Shown here one piece after another: positions 1 to 12,820 of a stretch of 64,000 nt of DNA. Origin of the DNA: Tubulanus polymorphus (lineage: Eukaryota > Animalia > Nemertea); the NCBI RefSeq assembly GCF_964204645.1, contig NC_134030.1:14818110-14882109 (forward strand), in the 5' to 3' direction. Under the pieces are notes generated by a model. The model did no database searches, was not told the origin of the DNA, and saw only the letters and a program-made list of their open reading frames with translations. The position numbers were made by a program, and so were the translations under genes. Every line of letters starts with the position of its first letter. The first letter of the stretch is position 1.

Positions 1-58
1 CGGGACGCGTTGAGAGGTAAGTGTTATGTTCAATTTTAATAAAAAATTTAGTATTAAA

Positions 59-3000
59 ATGGAAGCAAATAAGTACTACTGTCCAACATGTAATATCAAT
101 ATAGATAAATCCCAAAAATCAAGACACAATAAAACTAAAACACATTTAGATAATAAATTGAAACTAGAATATAAAGATGATATATTAGAAACTAAATTAG
201 ATGAATTAAAGAATGAAAAAGAAACATATAAATGTGATACATGTAATCAATCATTCAGTGATAAAAGATATTATAAAGAACATTTAAAATCTAAAAGTCA
301 TATTAGAAATATGAATAATGATATTTTAGGTGAAGATTATTTTGATAATGATAATGATAAGAAACAGAAGACAATTAAAAGCATAAAAAATAAATTAAAC
401 AATAAAAGACCATACATGGAAGATGTAAGAAATTATATTAATTCATTAGATAATAAAAAAAGATATAGAGATAACCGAAGCATTTAAAAGTGATATTGGC
501 CCAGCAGCTATCGAGTTTAAATTTCATAAAGGAAAAACATTAGAAGAAAATAAAAAACATTTAGAAAATATGAAAAATATTATAAAAATAATTACTGATG
601 TTGAATATCCTAAAATAAGTATTTCATCAAAAGTAAAGTTTATAAAATCTGAAGATAAACCAATATATAATATAAATTCTCATTCACAACATATTATTTC
701 AAAACAACATATAGATGATAAATTAGATAAATGTTATAATGAAGTAAAAACTAAAATAGAAGAGAAATATTTTGAAGGATCTGGTTTAATATTTGATGAG
801 ATAATATTTATGACTTTACATGTTTATAACACAAAATATAATAAGTTAACTAAATCAAAACCAATTGATGAAAATAATATATCATATTTATAAAGAACCA
901 GATATTGAAGCATCGAGTTATATCAAACTACCATTTAAAACCAATGCTGTAATAAATGTACAAAATGAAGATGATAAATGTTTTCTATGGGCTATAATAA
1001 GTTGTTTACATCCAACAGAAGATATTACACATAGTTTTAGATTAACTCATTATAAACAATTTGAAAAAAATTATAAGATAGATAAGTATCCTGTTATAAT
1101 TAAAAACATCCCAAAAATAGAAAGAGATAATAATATAAAGATAAATGTATTTGATTTAATCAAATTACCAAATACAAAAGGTAACAATATAAAACATTAT
1201 ACATTAGAACCTCTATACTTATCAAAAGATTATGATTCAAATGATGTGATAGATATATTATATTATGAGAAACATTATATGTGGATTAAAAGAATTGATT
1301 TATTTTTCAAATCAGAAAATGATTTTGATAATAAAATATATGTATGTAGAAAATGTATAACTAAATTCAGAACTGAAAGGGTATTATTAAATCATAAACA
1401 ATTATGTGAAAATCATGATTATTGTAAATTAGTTTTACCAAATGAAAAAGATAAAATATTAGAATTCAAAAAATGTGATTACAAAAATAAAGTACCATTT
1501 GTAATATATGGAGATTTTGAATCATTAAATAAAGAATTAACTGATCAAGATAGAAAAGAAATATATTATAAAAGAAAGAAACAAAATTCTAATGAAAATG
1601 ATTTTTCAGATGAACCACCAAAAACAAATACTATTAAAAAGATTCATCAATCAGCTGCTGCTTTCGGGTTATATATAAAATCTGATTATCCAGAACTAAT
1701 TAAAAGTGAATATTATCATTATAGAAATGAAAATGTTATCAATCATTTTTGTGACTTATTAATTGAATATGAAATAAGATTTAGTAAATTATTGAATACA
1801 AATATAGAAATTATAATGACAGAAAAAGATAAAGAAGAATTTGTGTTTGCAGGTAAATGTTATTATTGTGAAAAGATATTTAATTATAAAGATAAAAAAG
1901 TAAGAGACCATGATCATTTGAATGGAAAGTTTAGAGGCGCTGCACATGAGAATTGTAACTTACAAGCTAAGAAAATTAACTTTGTACCAGTTATATTTCA
2001 TAATCTATCAGGATATGATGCACATTTATTCATCAAGCAGTTATGTCATAAAATAGAAGAAATCAATAATGAAATAGAAATATTAAATTCAAATAGATCA
2101 AAAGATAAAATACCAACTTATAGATTTAGAATGTTAGCTAAAACATCTGAGAATTATATATCATTCCAATTTGGTTGCCTAAGATTTATAGATTCATATA
2201 GATTTTTAAATAGTTCATTAGATAACTTATCAAAATCATTAGTTGATGATGAATTAAAGATATTAAAAGAATATTACCCAAATATTGATGATTTTAAATT
2301 AATGAGATATAAAGGAGCAATTCCATATTCATTTTATAAATCACATAATGATTTTAAAATAACTGAATTATTGAAAGAACAATTCTGTAATTCAATGATG
2401 AATTAATAAATGAATATGTTAAAGATGAAGTCTATAATAGAACATTGAATATTTGGAATCATTTCAAAATAGAAAATCATGGGCAATTAGTAGATTTATA
2501 TCTAAAATCAGATGTATTATTATTAACCGATATATTCGAAAGGTTTAGAGATGTAAACCTAAAATATTTCAATATTGATCCTTGTCATTGTTATTCAAGT
2601 CCAGGATTAACATGGGATTGTGGATTAAAATTTACAGATATAAAAATGGATTTGTTAACAAATATAGATCAATTATTATTATTTGAAAAATCTATAAGAG
2701 GAGGAGTTTCAGGTGTATTAGGTGATAGATATTTCAATGTAAATGATAACCCTGGATATAAGTTATTATATATAGATGCAAATAATTTGTATGGTTGGGC
2801 AATGATGGAACCACAACCTTATGGAGTATTTGAAATAAGTGAAGTTTTACAGAATGAAAATAATGATAAATTTGATTGGAAGAAAAGAATTCTAGATATT
2901 GCAGATGATTCAGATACTGGTTACTTCTTTGTTGTAGATTTAGAATATCCTGAACATATTAAATTTAAATCTAGAAATCTAGCTTACTGTCCCGAACATA

Positions 3001-4092
3001 AAACTGTAACTCATGAAGAATTATCAAATTACCAAAAAAGAATTAAACCCGAAAATCATATTCATACAGAAAAGTTAATGGTAACTCAAGAAGATAAATA
3101 TAATTATGTAGTCCATTATAGAATGTTAAAGTTTTATCTAAATCAAGGAATGATAGATATGAGTACATACATATATTTCATTTAGTCAATCTAAGTGGTT
3201 AGAAAAATATATAGATTTTAACACTAAACAGAGAACTAAAGCTAAAACTGATTTCGAAAAAGATTTCTTCAAGTTAATGAATAATGCATTCTATGGTAAG
3301 ACTTGTGAAAATATTAGAAATAGAAATGATATTGAGTTAGTTAGTAATGGTAAAAGAATTAGACATTTACAAACATATCCTAAGTTCATTGGTAACAGAA
3401 TATTTGATGAAAATTTAGCCGCAGTTAAGATGAGAAGAACTTCAATGAAATTTAATAAACCAATCTATGTTGGCGCCTCAGTTTTAGAATTATCAAAATT
3501 ACTAATGTATGAATTCTATTATAATGTATTACAACCACTTTTTGGAGAAAACCATATAGAAATATTATATTTTGATACTGATAGTTACATATTAAAGATA
3601 AAAACTGATAACATAACTGATGATTTAAAAACATTAAAACATCATTTTGATTTTAGTAACTATCCTAAAGATCATGAATTGTTTAGCAATGATAATAAAA
3701 AAGTTCCAGGGAAGTTTAAGGATGAATTAGGCGGTGAAGAACTGATAGAGTTCATAGGTATTAGATCTAAAATGTATTCATATAAAACTAAAGAACATGA
3801 AGCTAAAAAGTTAAAAGGAATAACCAAAAGTGTAGTAGAAAAGAATATTCATTTCAAAGATTACATCAATTGTATATTCAATGAAGAAGATAGAAAACAT
3901 TAGATGAGATGTTTAAGATCTGAAGATCATGAAATGTTTATTGAAGAAATTGAAAAGATAAGTCTAAACCCATTTGATGATAAAACATATATTTTAGATG
4001 ATGGAATTCATACAGTTGCTTATGGTTGCAATTTAGATGAATACTTAAAATTTAAAAGAGAAGAAACAAAAGAGAACGAGATAATGAAATGA
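59..4092 (+). pseudogene. polB: Protein-primed family B DNA polymerase (Polinton type), frameshifted, with N-terminal C2H2 fingers and an endonuclease VII-like insert
   Basis: ORFs 26-487, 570-893, 865-2406, 2445-3185, 3277-3903 and 3904-4092 join into one gene. ExoI YGDFES, ExoII FHNLSGYD, ExoIII YLKSDV, PolA YIDANNLYGWAM, PolB KLMNNAFYGK, PolC YFDTDS; CYYC..RDHDH..AHENCNL. Confidence 0.93.
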
Positions 4093-4136
4093 ATTCTAAC
4101 GTGTTAATCAAATTTTAATAAAAATAAGTTATTAAA

Positions 4137-4490
4137 ATGGAGAGTAAACAAGCACACAGTGAGAACAACAAATTATTTCTAGATAGAATTAAAGATACTA
4201 CAAATGTAAAATCTGTAGAATATAAATTCAAAAAGTTAACAGAATTAACAATCCATAAGAAATATCTAATTACAAATATTGTTACAGTTACTAATAACTA
4301 TGGAGATAAATTAGTTATACACTTAGAATATGAAGGATTAAAAGGAAATACATATAAATTCAGAACATATTTACCGGATAGATTTCATAGATTATCAAGT
4401 GAAGATTTAGAAGAATTATGTTCTGGAGATTTCTATTTCGTATACAAAGGTAAGAATGAAAAAGGGCACCATGAAATAGATTTCGAATGA
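4137..4490 (+). CDS. Conserved small Polinton protein (117 aa), possibly an OB-fold/SSB-like protein
   Basis: Intact ORF with homologues at 43108-43464 and 61920-62273. The pattern KKLTEL..KKY.I...YG....L....YLP.RF is typical of a small Maverick protein. The fold is inference. Confidence 0.7.
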   Translation: MESKQAHSENNKLFLDRIKDTTNVKSVEYKFKKLTELTIHKKYLITNIVTVTNNYGDKLVIHLEYEGLKGNTYKFRTYLPDRFHRLSSEDLEELCSGDFYFVYKGKNEKGHHEIDFE

Positions 4491-4507
4491 GAAAATATGT
4501 AAAATAA

Positions 4508-5269
4508 ATGGTAGAATTAAAAGAATACAGAATATTTGTAGATTCTATAAAACTTACAAATTATAAATCTCATAATTTACTAGTACAATTAGATAGAGAA
4601 TTCAAGAATTGTGTAGATTTAAAATTAGTTAATATAAGTTTATGTAATTCTTTTTACAATATATCGAATAAAACTATTGAACATAGAGCTTTTTTAATTT
4701 TTAATAAAAATAAAAATGAATGGGTCTATATATATTTAAAACCAGGGTTATATAATTTAGATACATTAGCACAAATAATTAATAGAAAAGCCTGGCACAA
4801 ATTAGGTAGTAGTTCTGGGTTTAGTATTAGATTTTTAAAAAGTGAGAGTTCTGATAGAATAAAGATAAGGTTGTCTAATAGTGAAAAACATAAATTTATG
4901 GTAAAAAAACCTATAGCTAAACTGTTAGGAATTCTTCCAGATAGAACTTTTACAAATATTGACGCTACTACACCAAACTTAATACCTTACACACATTTTT
5001 ATATTTATTGCAATTTAATCGATCCTACAAAAACATTCGAAGCAACTAAAGATATAACTTGTAATTCTGGTTTACTAAACATTTTACCATTGAAGAATGT
5101 TAAAGAATTTGGAACGCAAATAAATTATAATTTAACAGAATGTGATTTCAAACCATGCATTCCTCGTTTTAATAATTTTAGATTAGAAATTAGAAATCAT
5201 GATGGATACTTAATTGATTTAAATAATTTCCCTGTAATTTATGAATTAGTTATAAGATGTAGAGAGTAA
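4508..5269 (+). CDS. Polinton minor capsid protein (penton)
   Basis: SFYNIS, LKPGLYNL, AKLLG, FYIYCNLI, LLNILPL and LEIRNHDGYLIDLNNFPVIYEL follow the Polinton penton pattern. Homologue at 62291-63063. Confidence 0.75.
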   Translation: MVELKEYRIFVDSIKLTNYKSHNLLVQLDREFKNCVDLKLVNISLCNSFYNISNKTIEHRAFLIFNKNKNEWVYIYLKPGLYNLDTLAQIINRKAWHKLGSSSGFSIRFLKSESSDRIKIRLSNSEKHKFMVKKPIAKLLGILPDRTFTNIDATTPNLIPYTHFYIYCNLIDPTKTFEATKDITCNSGLLNILPLKNVKEFGTQINYNLTECDFKPCIPRFNNFRLEIRNHDGYLIDLNNFPVIYELVIRCRE

Positions 5270-5384
5270 TTTTTTTCAACTAATATATGAATAAGTTTTA
5301 AAATAATAAAGGTTATTTATTGTTACTGAGGTTTCAATATAAATTTAAAAAAGAAATATAATTTAAGGTATTTTCAAATAATAT

Positions 5385-5462
5385 GTATTAAATACGTATT
5401 AGATACGTATTAGATACGTATTAGAAACGTATTAGATATGTATTAGATATGTATTAGATACC
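5385..5462. repeat. 11-bp tandem repeat (CGTATTAGATA), about 7 copies
   Basis: Directly visible. It lies at the convergence of the + and - Polinton gene blocks. Confidence 0.85.
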
Positions 5463-5532
5463 TTAATACTTAAAACCCCCTTTTTTATTTACTATTATTT
5501 TATACAATTTTCAACTAATATTATTATTTGAG

Positions 5533-6432
5533 TTAAATATAATTACTTTCTGAATCACTTTCATCATCACTCTCCAATTCATCATCAGACCCTAACAATC
5601 TATTCAAATAATCTACCGAATCTACATCAATAATTGGTTTATTGATATACTTATTAGTCATCTCATTTATATCATCAATAGTTGTTTCATTGTTATACTT
5701 ATTCACTCAATCAAATTTATCATTATTTTCTACTTTATGTTTCATAGAATCTTTATTATCAATATGCTTATCTGTAACTATATCACCATGTGGGTGCCGT
5801 ATGGCACCATTTTCATTGTCATCTTTCTTAGTGTTTGACCTTTATATTGTATTTACAATGCTTGATTCTAATATTTTTTTAGCAGCAGATAAATCTAATT
5901 CATCATTACTAGGTTCCTTAGATAAGAATTCACCTAATAAATCTTTATATAAATCTTTACCATCTACTTTTTTATTTGAAACAAACTTTGTAACATAATT
6001 AAATGGGTGTTCTATAAATTCTCTTATACCAACACGATCTATTACATTAGTAATATGTGAATTTGTATTCATATGATTATTCCAATTTGATGGAGCGTTT
6101 GAAAATTCACCTTTACAATAATCACAATAATTTCTATTTTCACTAACATTTAATATTATTTCATTATTAGATGTAGTAGGTATTATATTATTAGATGGAG
6201 TAGGTATTATATTATTAGATGTAGTAGGTATTATATTATTATCAATTACATTACTTAAATTATCAACAACTTCACTTTTATTATTATCGATTTCTATTAG
6301 TTTAGTTTTATAAATTTTGAAAACAGGATCAAATATCAAAGCTATATTACAAGGTTTTACATAATATAAACCATCATTATTTTCATGTGTATCGATGTAT
6401 GGAATATGTTTATATACTTTACCTCTTTCCAT
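5533..6432 (-). pseudogene. Polinton hypothetical protein with NNIIPT repeats, a C2H2-like finger and an acidic tail
   Basis: ORF 5842-6432 (YCDYC..H.....H). The same frame continues through two stops to an acidic end DDELESDDESDSES at about 5533. Confidence 0.55.
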
Positions 6433-6464
6433 TTATATAATATATTTTTATTAAAGTTAGCATT

Positions 6465-7694
6465 TTAATACATAACACTATCTAATTGTGAATTTACAAT
6501 ATTTAATTGCGCGTCAGATACAATATAAATGTGCATTTTAAAATTTTTGATTCCTTTATTCTTTGTCATGAATAATTGTATTCCATCTTTAGTGTTTTGT
6601 AATTTTTTTCCAGAACAATGTAATGAATTATCCTCTGTTGTTCTAAAATCTAACCATAATGCATATTTATTGCCGGTTATTACAATTTTCAGATGATTTT
6701 ACTTTTTCATTCATAAAATGTTTTCAAATTTCTGGCCATTGATCAATCATTCTCATTCCTTGACAAAATATTTTATTTGCTATTCCTTCGATAGTTATTT
6801 CTACTTTTGTTATTTCAGGATTATAATAATTATCAACATTTATTGCGCCATTAGTATATGTTGCAATGGTAAAAAATATTAATATACCTTTAATAGATCT
6901 TCTTGGGAAGTTAATATTCTCATTAATTATTTCATCATTTGCATTAATAGTTACGGTTTTAAATTTATCAATATAATCATATAATAATGAAAATCCTTGA
7001 TGGTATTGAGTTTGAATTATACTTGAAATATTTTCATCAGTTACTGTATCATATTCTAAACATATATTCGATAATTTATAACTCATATCTTTATTAACGC
7101 TAGATAATACAATTTCATTTACAGGAGCAAATGTTATCTCAAATATAATATCTTCTTGAATTGCGTATTTATATAAAGGTGCATTATTATTTATCAATTC
7201 AAAGTCTAATGGAATTTTATATTTGCTTCCATATATACTTTTTATCAATTTATCTACAGCATTAGTTAATATTACGCTATTTTAGCTTCTGATCTAAATT
7301 TATTTTGGTTTTCTGATTGGATGCCTTGAAATATCATATTATTTCTATTTTCTTTAGTTAACCATAAATCTTTATAATGCATAAATAAATTATAATCATC
7401 TAATGAGAAAACTGTTTCTGGACCAATCTTTATTGTTAACTTTTTAATCAAATATCTTCCAACATTATCAACAACATAATTATTATTATTACCGATTACT
7501 TTTATATCGGCCGATAAATAAATACTATTTGGAACGTAAAAAGTATTTTGTGTTAATCTAGGAATTCTAACGTATAAAGTTTCATCGGGATTAATATTAG
7601 AAGGGTTATGAGTAATTATATGATGTGATCTTTCTGCTTTAATAGCATTAGATATTCTATGATTCTTAGAAGGATTGATATAACTCCCACTCAT
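6465..7694 (-). pseudogene. Polinton major capsid protein (double jelly-roll), disrupted
   Basis: ORFs 7272-7694 and 6724-7248 plus a C-terminal piece I translated (YALWLDFRTTEDNSLH...HIYIVSDAQLNIVNSQLDSVMY*). The motifs ITHNPSNI, NVGRYLIKK, YKDLW, IPLDF, LSNICLEYD and PRRSIKGIL match invertebrate Polinton MCPs. Confidence 0.8.
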
Positions 7695-7764
7695 TTATTT
7701 AACAAAAAATTTAATTATTTATTTTTAATCATGGTTACTTGATATTTTTTGATATCATATTCAC

Positions 7765-9198
7765 TTAACCAAAAATAATTGCACTTACAACTGTAATTAA
7801 AAATAAAATAATATGTTCAGCAGCAAAGTTAATAATGTTTCCTGCAGATTTCAATATAAAACCAACAATTGATGCAATAATTCCTGGTAAAGCTGCAGCA
7901 GATTTTTTAGATAGTTCCCATAAATATTTTGCTAATTTCTTTAAACCATCTTTAACTTTATCTTGTATAGAATTATTATCTGGGGGTTTATCTGGTTTAT
8001 TGGGAGTGGGAGTAGGAGTAGATTTTAAAGCATTTGATATTGCTAAACCAATTGTTGTAAATAACATAGTTACAGCTGTTAGAATTGAAAGAATTGTTAT
8101 TCCTTCTAATTTAAATAACAATTTTATTCTATCTTTCAATGATATTTCAGAATCTGGTTTCATCAACAAATCTTTAAAAATAACTTTTAATCTATTTATA
8201 TTATAATCATATGATTTTAATAATAATTTAATTTCTTCTTTTTGTAATTCTATGTTATATTCTAAATCATCTTTTTCTTTTTCTAAACTCAATTTCTTCA
8301 ATAACTTTATTATCTCTATCTAATTTTAATTGTTCTATTTCTTTATTTTTATCAGTTAATTCTTTTTCTAAAGTTCTAATTTTAAAATCTCATACTTTTA
8401 TCATGCGCAATTTTATCAGATGCATTTCTTATACTAATAATCTCTCTAATTGCTTTATCAGAAAATATATCTAAATCTTCTAATTCTTGATCTGTTGCAT
8501 CAAGTAATCCATTCGGTAAAAGTTTTTCAATTGGAACTTTATTTGATTTAAGTTTACTAGTTTTGGAAGTTTTATTCTGTTCAGAACTTGTTTCTGGTTC
8601 TAAATTATTATCGATTGTTTCAAATAATTTATTGATTCTTTGTTTAAATACTCTTTCATTTTTAATAATTTCTTCTTGTGTTACATCTTCTGGTTCATTA
8701 CTATTTCTTATTATTTTAATTTTAGATAGTAATGAGTCAGACTTAAGCAAAGTTAATTCTGCTAATATTTTTTGTTTGTTTTTTATAAGAGATATCAATA
8801 TAATAATCATCTTTCAAACGATAATAATATTCACCATCTAAAAACTTTAATTCTTGTACTAAAAGTCTAGCGCCTCTATCATTTATATTATATCCAGATT
8901 CTTTAAATACATGTTGAAATTCATACATAAATTCATAATTTTCTAAATTTTCTCTTTCTAAACCTGGGTCTAAATTTTCAGTAGGTATTCTCGATCTAAT
9001 TCTTCTATCATTTTCTTCTGTTGATGGGACTTTAGAACCACTATCTGCTAAATTAGAATTATATGCTGATTCATCATCATTATCAATATCAGTTTCATTA
9101 AGATTAGCACCTGCATCATTATAATCATCATCAATATATCCTTCATTATTATTTCCCATTTCTCCAATTTCATAATCTTCTCCACCTTCTACATCCAT
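7765..9198 (-). pseudogene. Polinton coiled-coil/membrane protein, frameshifted
   Basis: Three overlapping ORFs (8743-9198, 8382-8810, 7765-8301): acidic N-terminus, coiled coil, then hydrophobic/amphipathic helices (ALPGIIASIVGFIL...). Confidence 0.6.
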
Positions 9199-9214
9199 TT
9201 ACATAATAAAAAAA

Positions 9215-12200
9215 TTAAAATTTAAAATATAATATTCCTCCGATTACAATTCCTATACAAGTTATAGCTAATTTAGTATTTTCATGGGATTTATTATCAT
9301 CATTTAGTTTAATTATATCATGTTGAATATTATCAGTTTTTATATTTTCTGATGTATTGTAATCTTTTATTTTAGAATCATTATTTGATTTAATATTTTT
9401 AGTTTTAGTTTCCGTTGATTGAATATGTTTTTTATTTTTTTCACCTTCCATTAATTTTGGAGCAGTAATAATCTTTTTATTTATATCATTCAATCCAAAT
9501 GAATTATTTATTGTTGCAGTTTTAATTAGATTATTATAACCAATTATGTTTCCCATCTTTAATAATAAATCATTAGAAATAATTAATAGATTAGGGCCTA
9601 TACAATAATTAAGTCTTACATGAGATTTATCTAAATAATTTTGATATCTTATAATGTTTTCTGGAATCGATCTATTTTTAGGCCAGCCGTAGGCTGAGCC
9701 TATTACTATACAAATGGAGCGAATTTAAATGACATGGTTTCCACACAAAAGGCTCTTTTGCTTGCCAAGTGAGGGCATATTCGAACAAATCACGTATTTA
9801 AGCGTAATCCATTCTCGGAATCGTAGCGAGCAGAATTTTGAAATAGGGTCTCATAAAAATGTTTTCTGCATTTTTCACGAAAGTTAAATCGGGAAAATTT
9901 CAATTTTTATCAGCCAATCAGGAAGTTGTGTCTTCCCCGTTATTGGTTTATCTGAAAATATCAGCAGCTGTTCACGTGAATTATCGCGATTTCATTACTG
10001 GCGCTTTTGCGCATGACGTCATGTATCAACACGCGACAATACTTCCGCGTTCGCTACGTGTTCGCTGATTGGCCCATTTACTGGGAAATTCCACAGAAGC
10101 CTAATGTGGTTTGTTACAAGCGCTGTGATTGGCCCGACCTGATTCTGGCATGGCTTTAGCTTAGTGGGTTCGAATCCCTTGACGGGTGAAGATGATGGAT
10201 CCTATCAATATCTATTGAAACAAATAAGTTTCCCGGTTCGATATTTCGAGGTTTCTTTGAATTTTGGAGTGATATTGAAATCCGGTAAATACCAGCGGTA
10301 GATTGTGAAAACCCATTGCATGATATTTGTATTACTTAATCAACGAAAAGCGTCGGGGCCGCGCCAGGAGTTTTCGTGATTCAAGTAGCGCAATAGCCTA
10401 CTTCTTCGTGTTCGTCCACCTCAATTTTCACTCCGCCGATCTCTGACACGGCTCTGTCCCCGTCGGCGCTGTGATTGCACTTTCGTACCACCAACATTTT
10501 TTATTTCTATATCAGGGAGGTCTGGAGAATAAAAAAGTCAAAATTTGGATATCACATAGGCCTGATTTCATCGAATAAGTCGACCATGGTCGTTACGTTT
10601 CCGTACTTATTACCACCTAAAATCGTCTGAACAATTTTGTCACAACCAACATTTCGTTTACAGAAATCAGGTGTTCACGTGAATCCGCGGTATCGTCTAC
10701 TGTTTTACTTCCGGGTTTTATTTTAAGATTTAAAATTGTATTTCAAGATCGATTTCTATGAAATCTTTAGTTGATTTGGTGTTTGGGAGGAATTTTTATT
10801 TGCTCTACAGAAAATTCATCCTTGACAATTGCGCAAGGTTCGCGAAAAAAAGGTTTTACCAAATCGGGTGTATGACCTTGATATGCTAATTAGCCATGTG
10901 CCCGAATTGCAAATTCAATCAAATTTTATTCTGCCAAAAAATGTTAAATACAATTCGCTTTCCGAGAGTTAATGGTATGCTGCATGGAACAAAGTTGTTT
11001 TGAGATGGGTCTTGAAGCTATTGAGGTCGAGAGATAACCATCTAGATAGTTCGTGAGAGTTCCAAAGTTTTGAAGACGCTTCAACGTAATTTCTTGATAT
11101 TTGTTTTATACGTGTAACTACCCTAGACACATCTTCAGGCCAAAAACTGGCCCTGTCAGATTCAAGATGGCCGACTGGCAGCCATTGTTGTTCGCCAAAA
11201 TCAGCACTTTTTACACATTTTTGAAGTTTTCGAGGGAAATTTTGAAGACACTTTTATCAATAACCTTGATCATTCGTATATATTTGTATCCCCCGAGGGC
11301 CCATCGGCATGAGAAAAATTGAGTCGATCGGACTCAAGATGGCCGTACTGTGACCTTTTTTGTTCCCAAAAATGTCAATTTTGGCCTGAATTCTGAGTAC
11401 TGTAGCTTTCTAATGGTGCGCCATGTTTCATTGCAATTTGTAATGGGTATTCTTTGGAAAGGGATCTTTTGTATCTGAGAGGGTATTTTTGACCAGGCAA
11501 TTATGACGCACTTGGCAGCCATCTTGGGGTCATCAGTACTCATTCGTAGGTGGAAAAAAAGTTTTTCCACATCATAATTGATACTTAAGCACATTTTGCT
11601 ACTATAATCAATTGGAAAGTTGTAGCTCATGACATGTTCTATGATCGAGGTGAGTTTCAAGCTCATTGGTTTTTTTTATGGCCACCAGGGGGCGTTGAAC
11701 AATACAATAACTTAGTATTTCTATATTACATTCGTTCCTGCTGTCTGTGTTAACACACGATTTTACTATGTAAATGATATTGAGCAGGGAGTGTATATTG
11801 ATAAATATAACCCACAGATTACATCATTTATAAAAAGCAAATCTGACAGGCTGGCCATTGTGCCCCTTGGGGCTCTTGTTATCATTATGAATTGAATCTT
11901 CAAATAAAACTTTAAATTGTTTCTGTGTATCAAATGATGTATTCAAATTTCCAATTATCGGTGATCTTGTTTCAACTTGTGCGCCTAAAATACAAATTAA
12001 ATAAGTTCTAATAGATTGATTTATTCTTTATACCTGATTTTGTAAAACCTTCACTATTTTCTAAAATGAAATAAACCCAACCATGATAGTTTTCTTGTTT
12101 TAAATGATCATAAAATTTCGGTAATTTATTGAAATTTAATGTTTCTAAATCCTTAGTTTCTATTTTACCACAACCTAATTTATTATTTTAGATATTATAA

Positions 12201-12804
12201 AAGCTATTAGATGGTATGGGAAGTGCACAATATTCTGCAATCTTTTTAGGGCAAGGAAGTGATCTTATTGTTCCAATTTTTGTTCTAAAATCAGAATTAT
12301 TTATATCTATATCAAATTCATTGCAAATTTTATAAAACTTAGATAAATTAATATTATTATCTAATTCTTTAAAATACCTAGATCCTGGTAAAGCGCACTC
12401 TAATTCATTTAATATTATTCTGATTTGAAAGTATGTATGAAATCTAAATAAACTTTGAATTGATTTATATTTAGAATTATTCAAATGATCATTCCAACTT
12501 ATTCCACATCCTGTTGTTGCACAATAAACAGCAAAATTTAATTGGTTCTGCCAATACTTCATATTAGATTTTAATAACCATTGTTTTTCATCTTTCAATT
12601 TTTTAAAATTAATTAAATATACATGAAATATATTTTCCATCTTTGCATTAAAATTATTAGTTTCAGTAACATAAATTTCTAAATTAGTTAATGAATCTAA
12701 AACTTTATTTCTATATGTAATATCTTTATTAAAATCTATTGCTGGAATATTATATTTAATTTATTTTTATTATATTGGAAAGCTTTTGGAAAACTATCTA
12801 CCAT
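9215..12804 (-). pseudogene. Conserved Polinton hypothetical protein with a C-terminal TM helix, split by a Helentron-type insertion
   Basis: WQNQLNFAVYCATTGCGIS, RFHTYF and RINQSIRTYLICILGAQV. The frame reads ...FEDSIHND|KNRSIPEN... across the 9680-11880 insertion and joins ORF 9215-9556. Confidence 0.7.
9675..11880 (+). mobile_element. Non-autonomous Helentron/Helitron2-type element (HINE-like)
   Basis: 5' TTTTT-AGGCCAGCC followed by an adjacent inverted repeat; 3' subTIR GGCTGGCC (11849-11856), hairpin GCCCCTTGGGGC and a TCTTGTT end. It sits in a T-tract with no TSD and cleanly interrupts a Polinton ORF. Confidence 0.75.
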
Positions 12805-12820
12805 TTATATAATTAAAAAA

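Larger units (their letters stand above)
27..5290 (+). mobile_element. Polinton/Maverick fragment (replication block: pPolB, 117-aa gene, penton)
   Basis: Very AT-rich, compact and intronless. pPolB and penton motifs are present and the block is collinear with 57860-63070. The left end is truncated at about 27. Confidence 0.9.

Noticed and set aside
59-4092. Programmed frameshifting or a multi-gene polymerase operon
   Set aside because: Breaks fall at different positions in the three pPolB copies, which indicates decay or sequencing indels.
10150-10190. tRNA gene (also 29405-29490)
   Set aside because: Only a B-box/T-arm-like motif is present; I could not build a cloverleaf.
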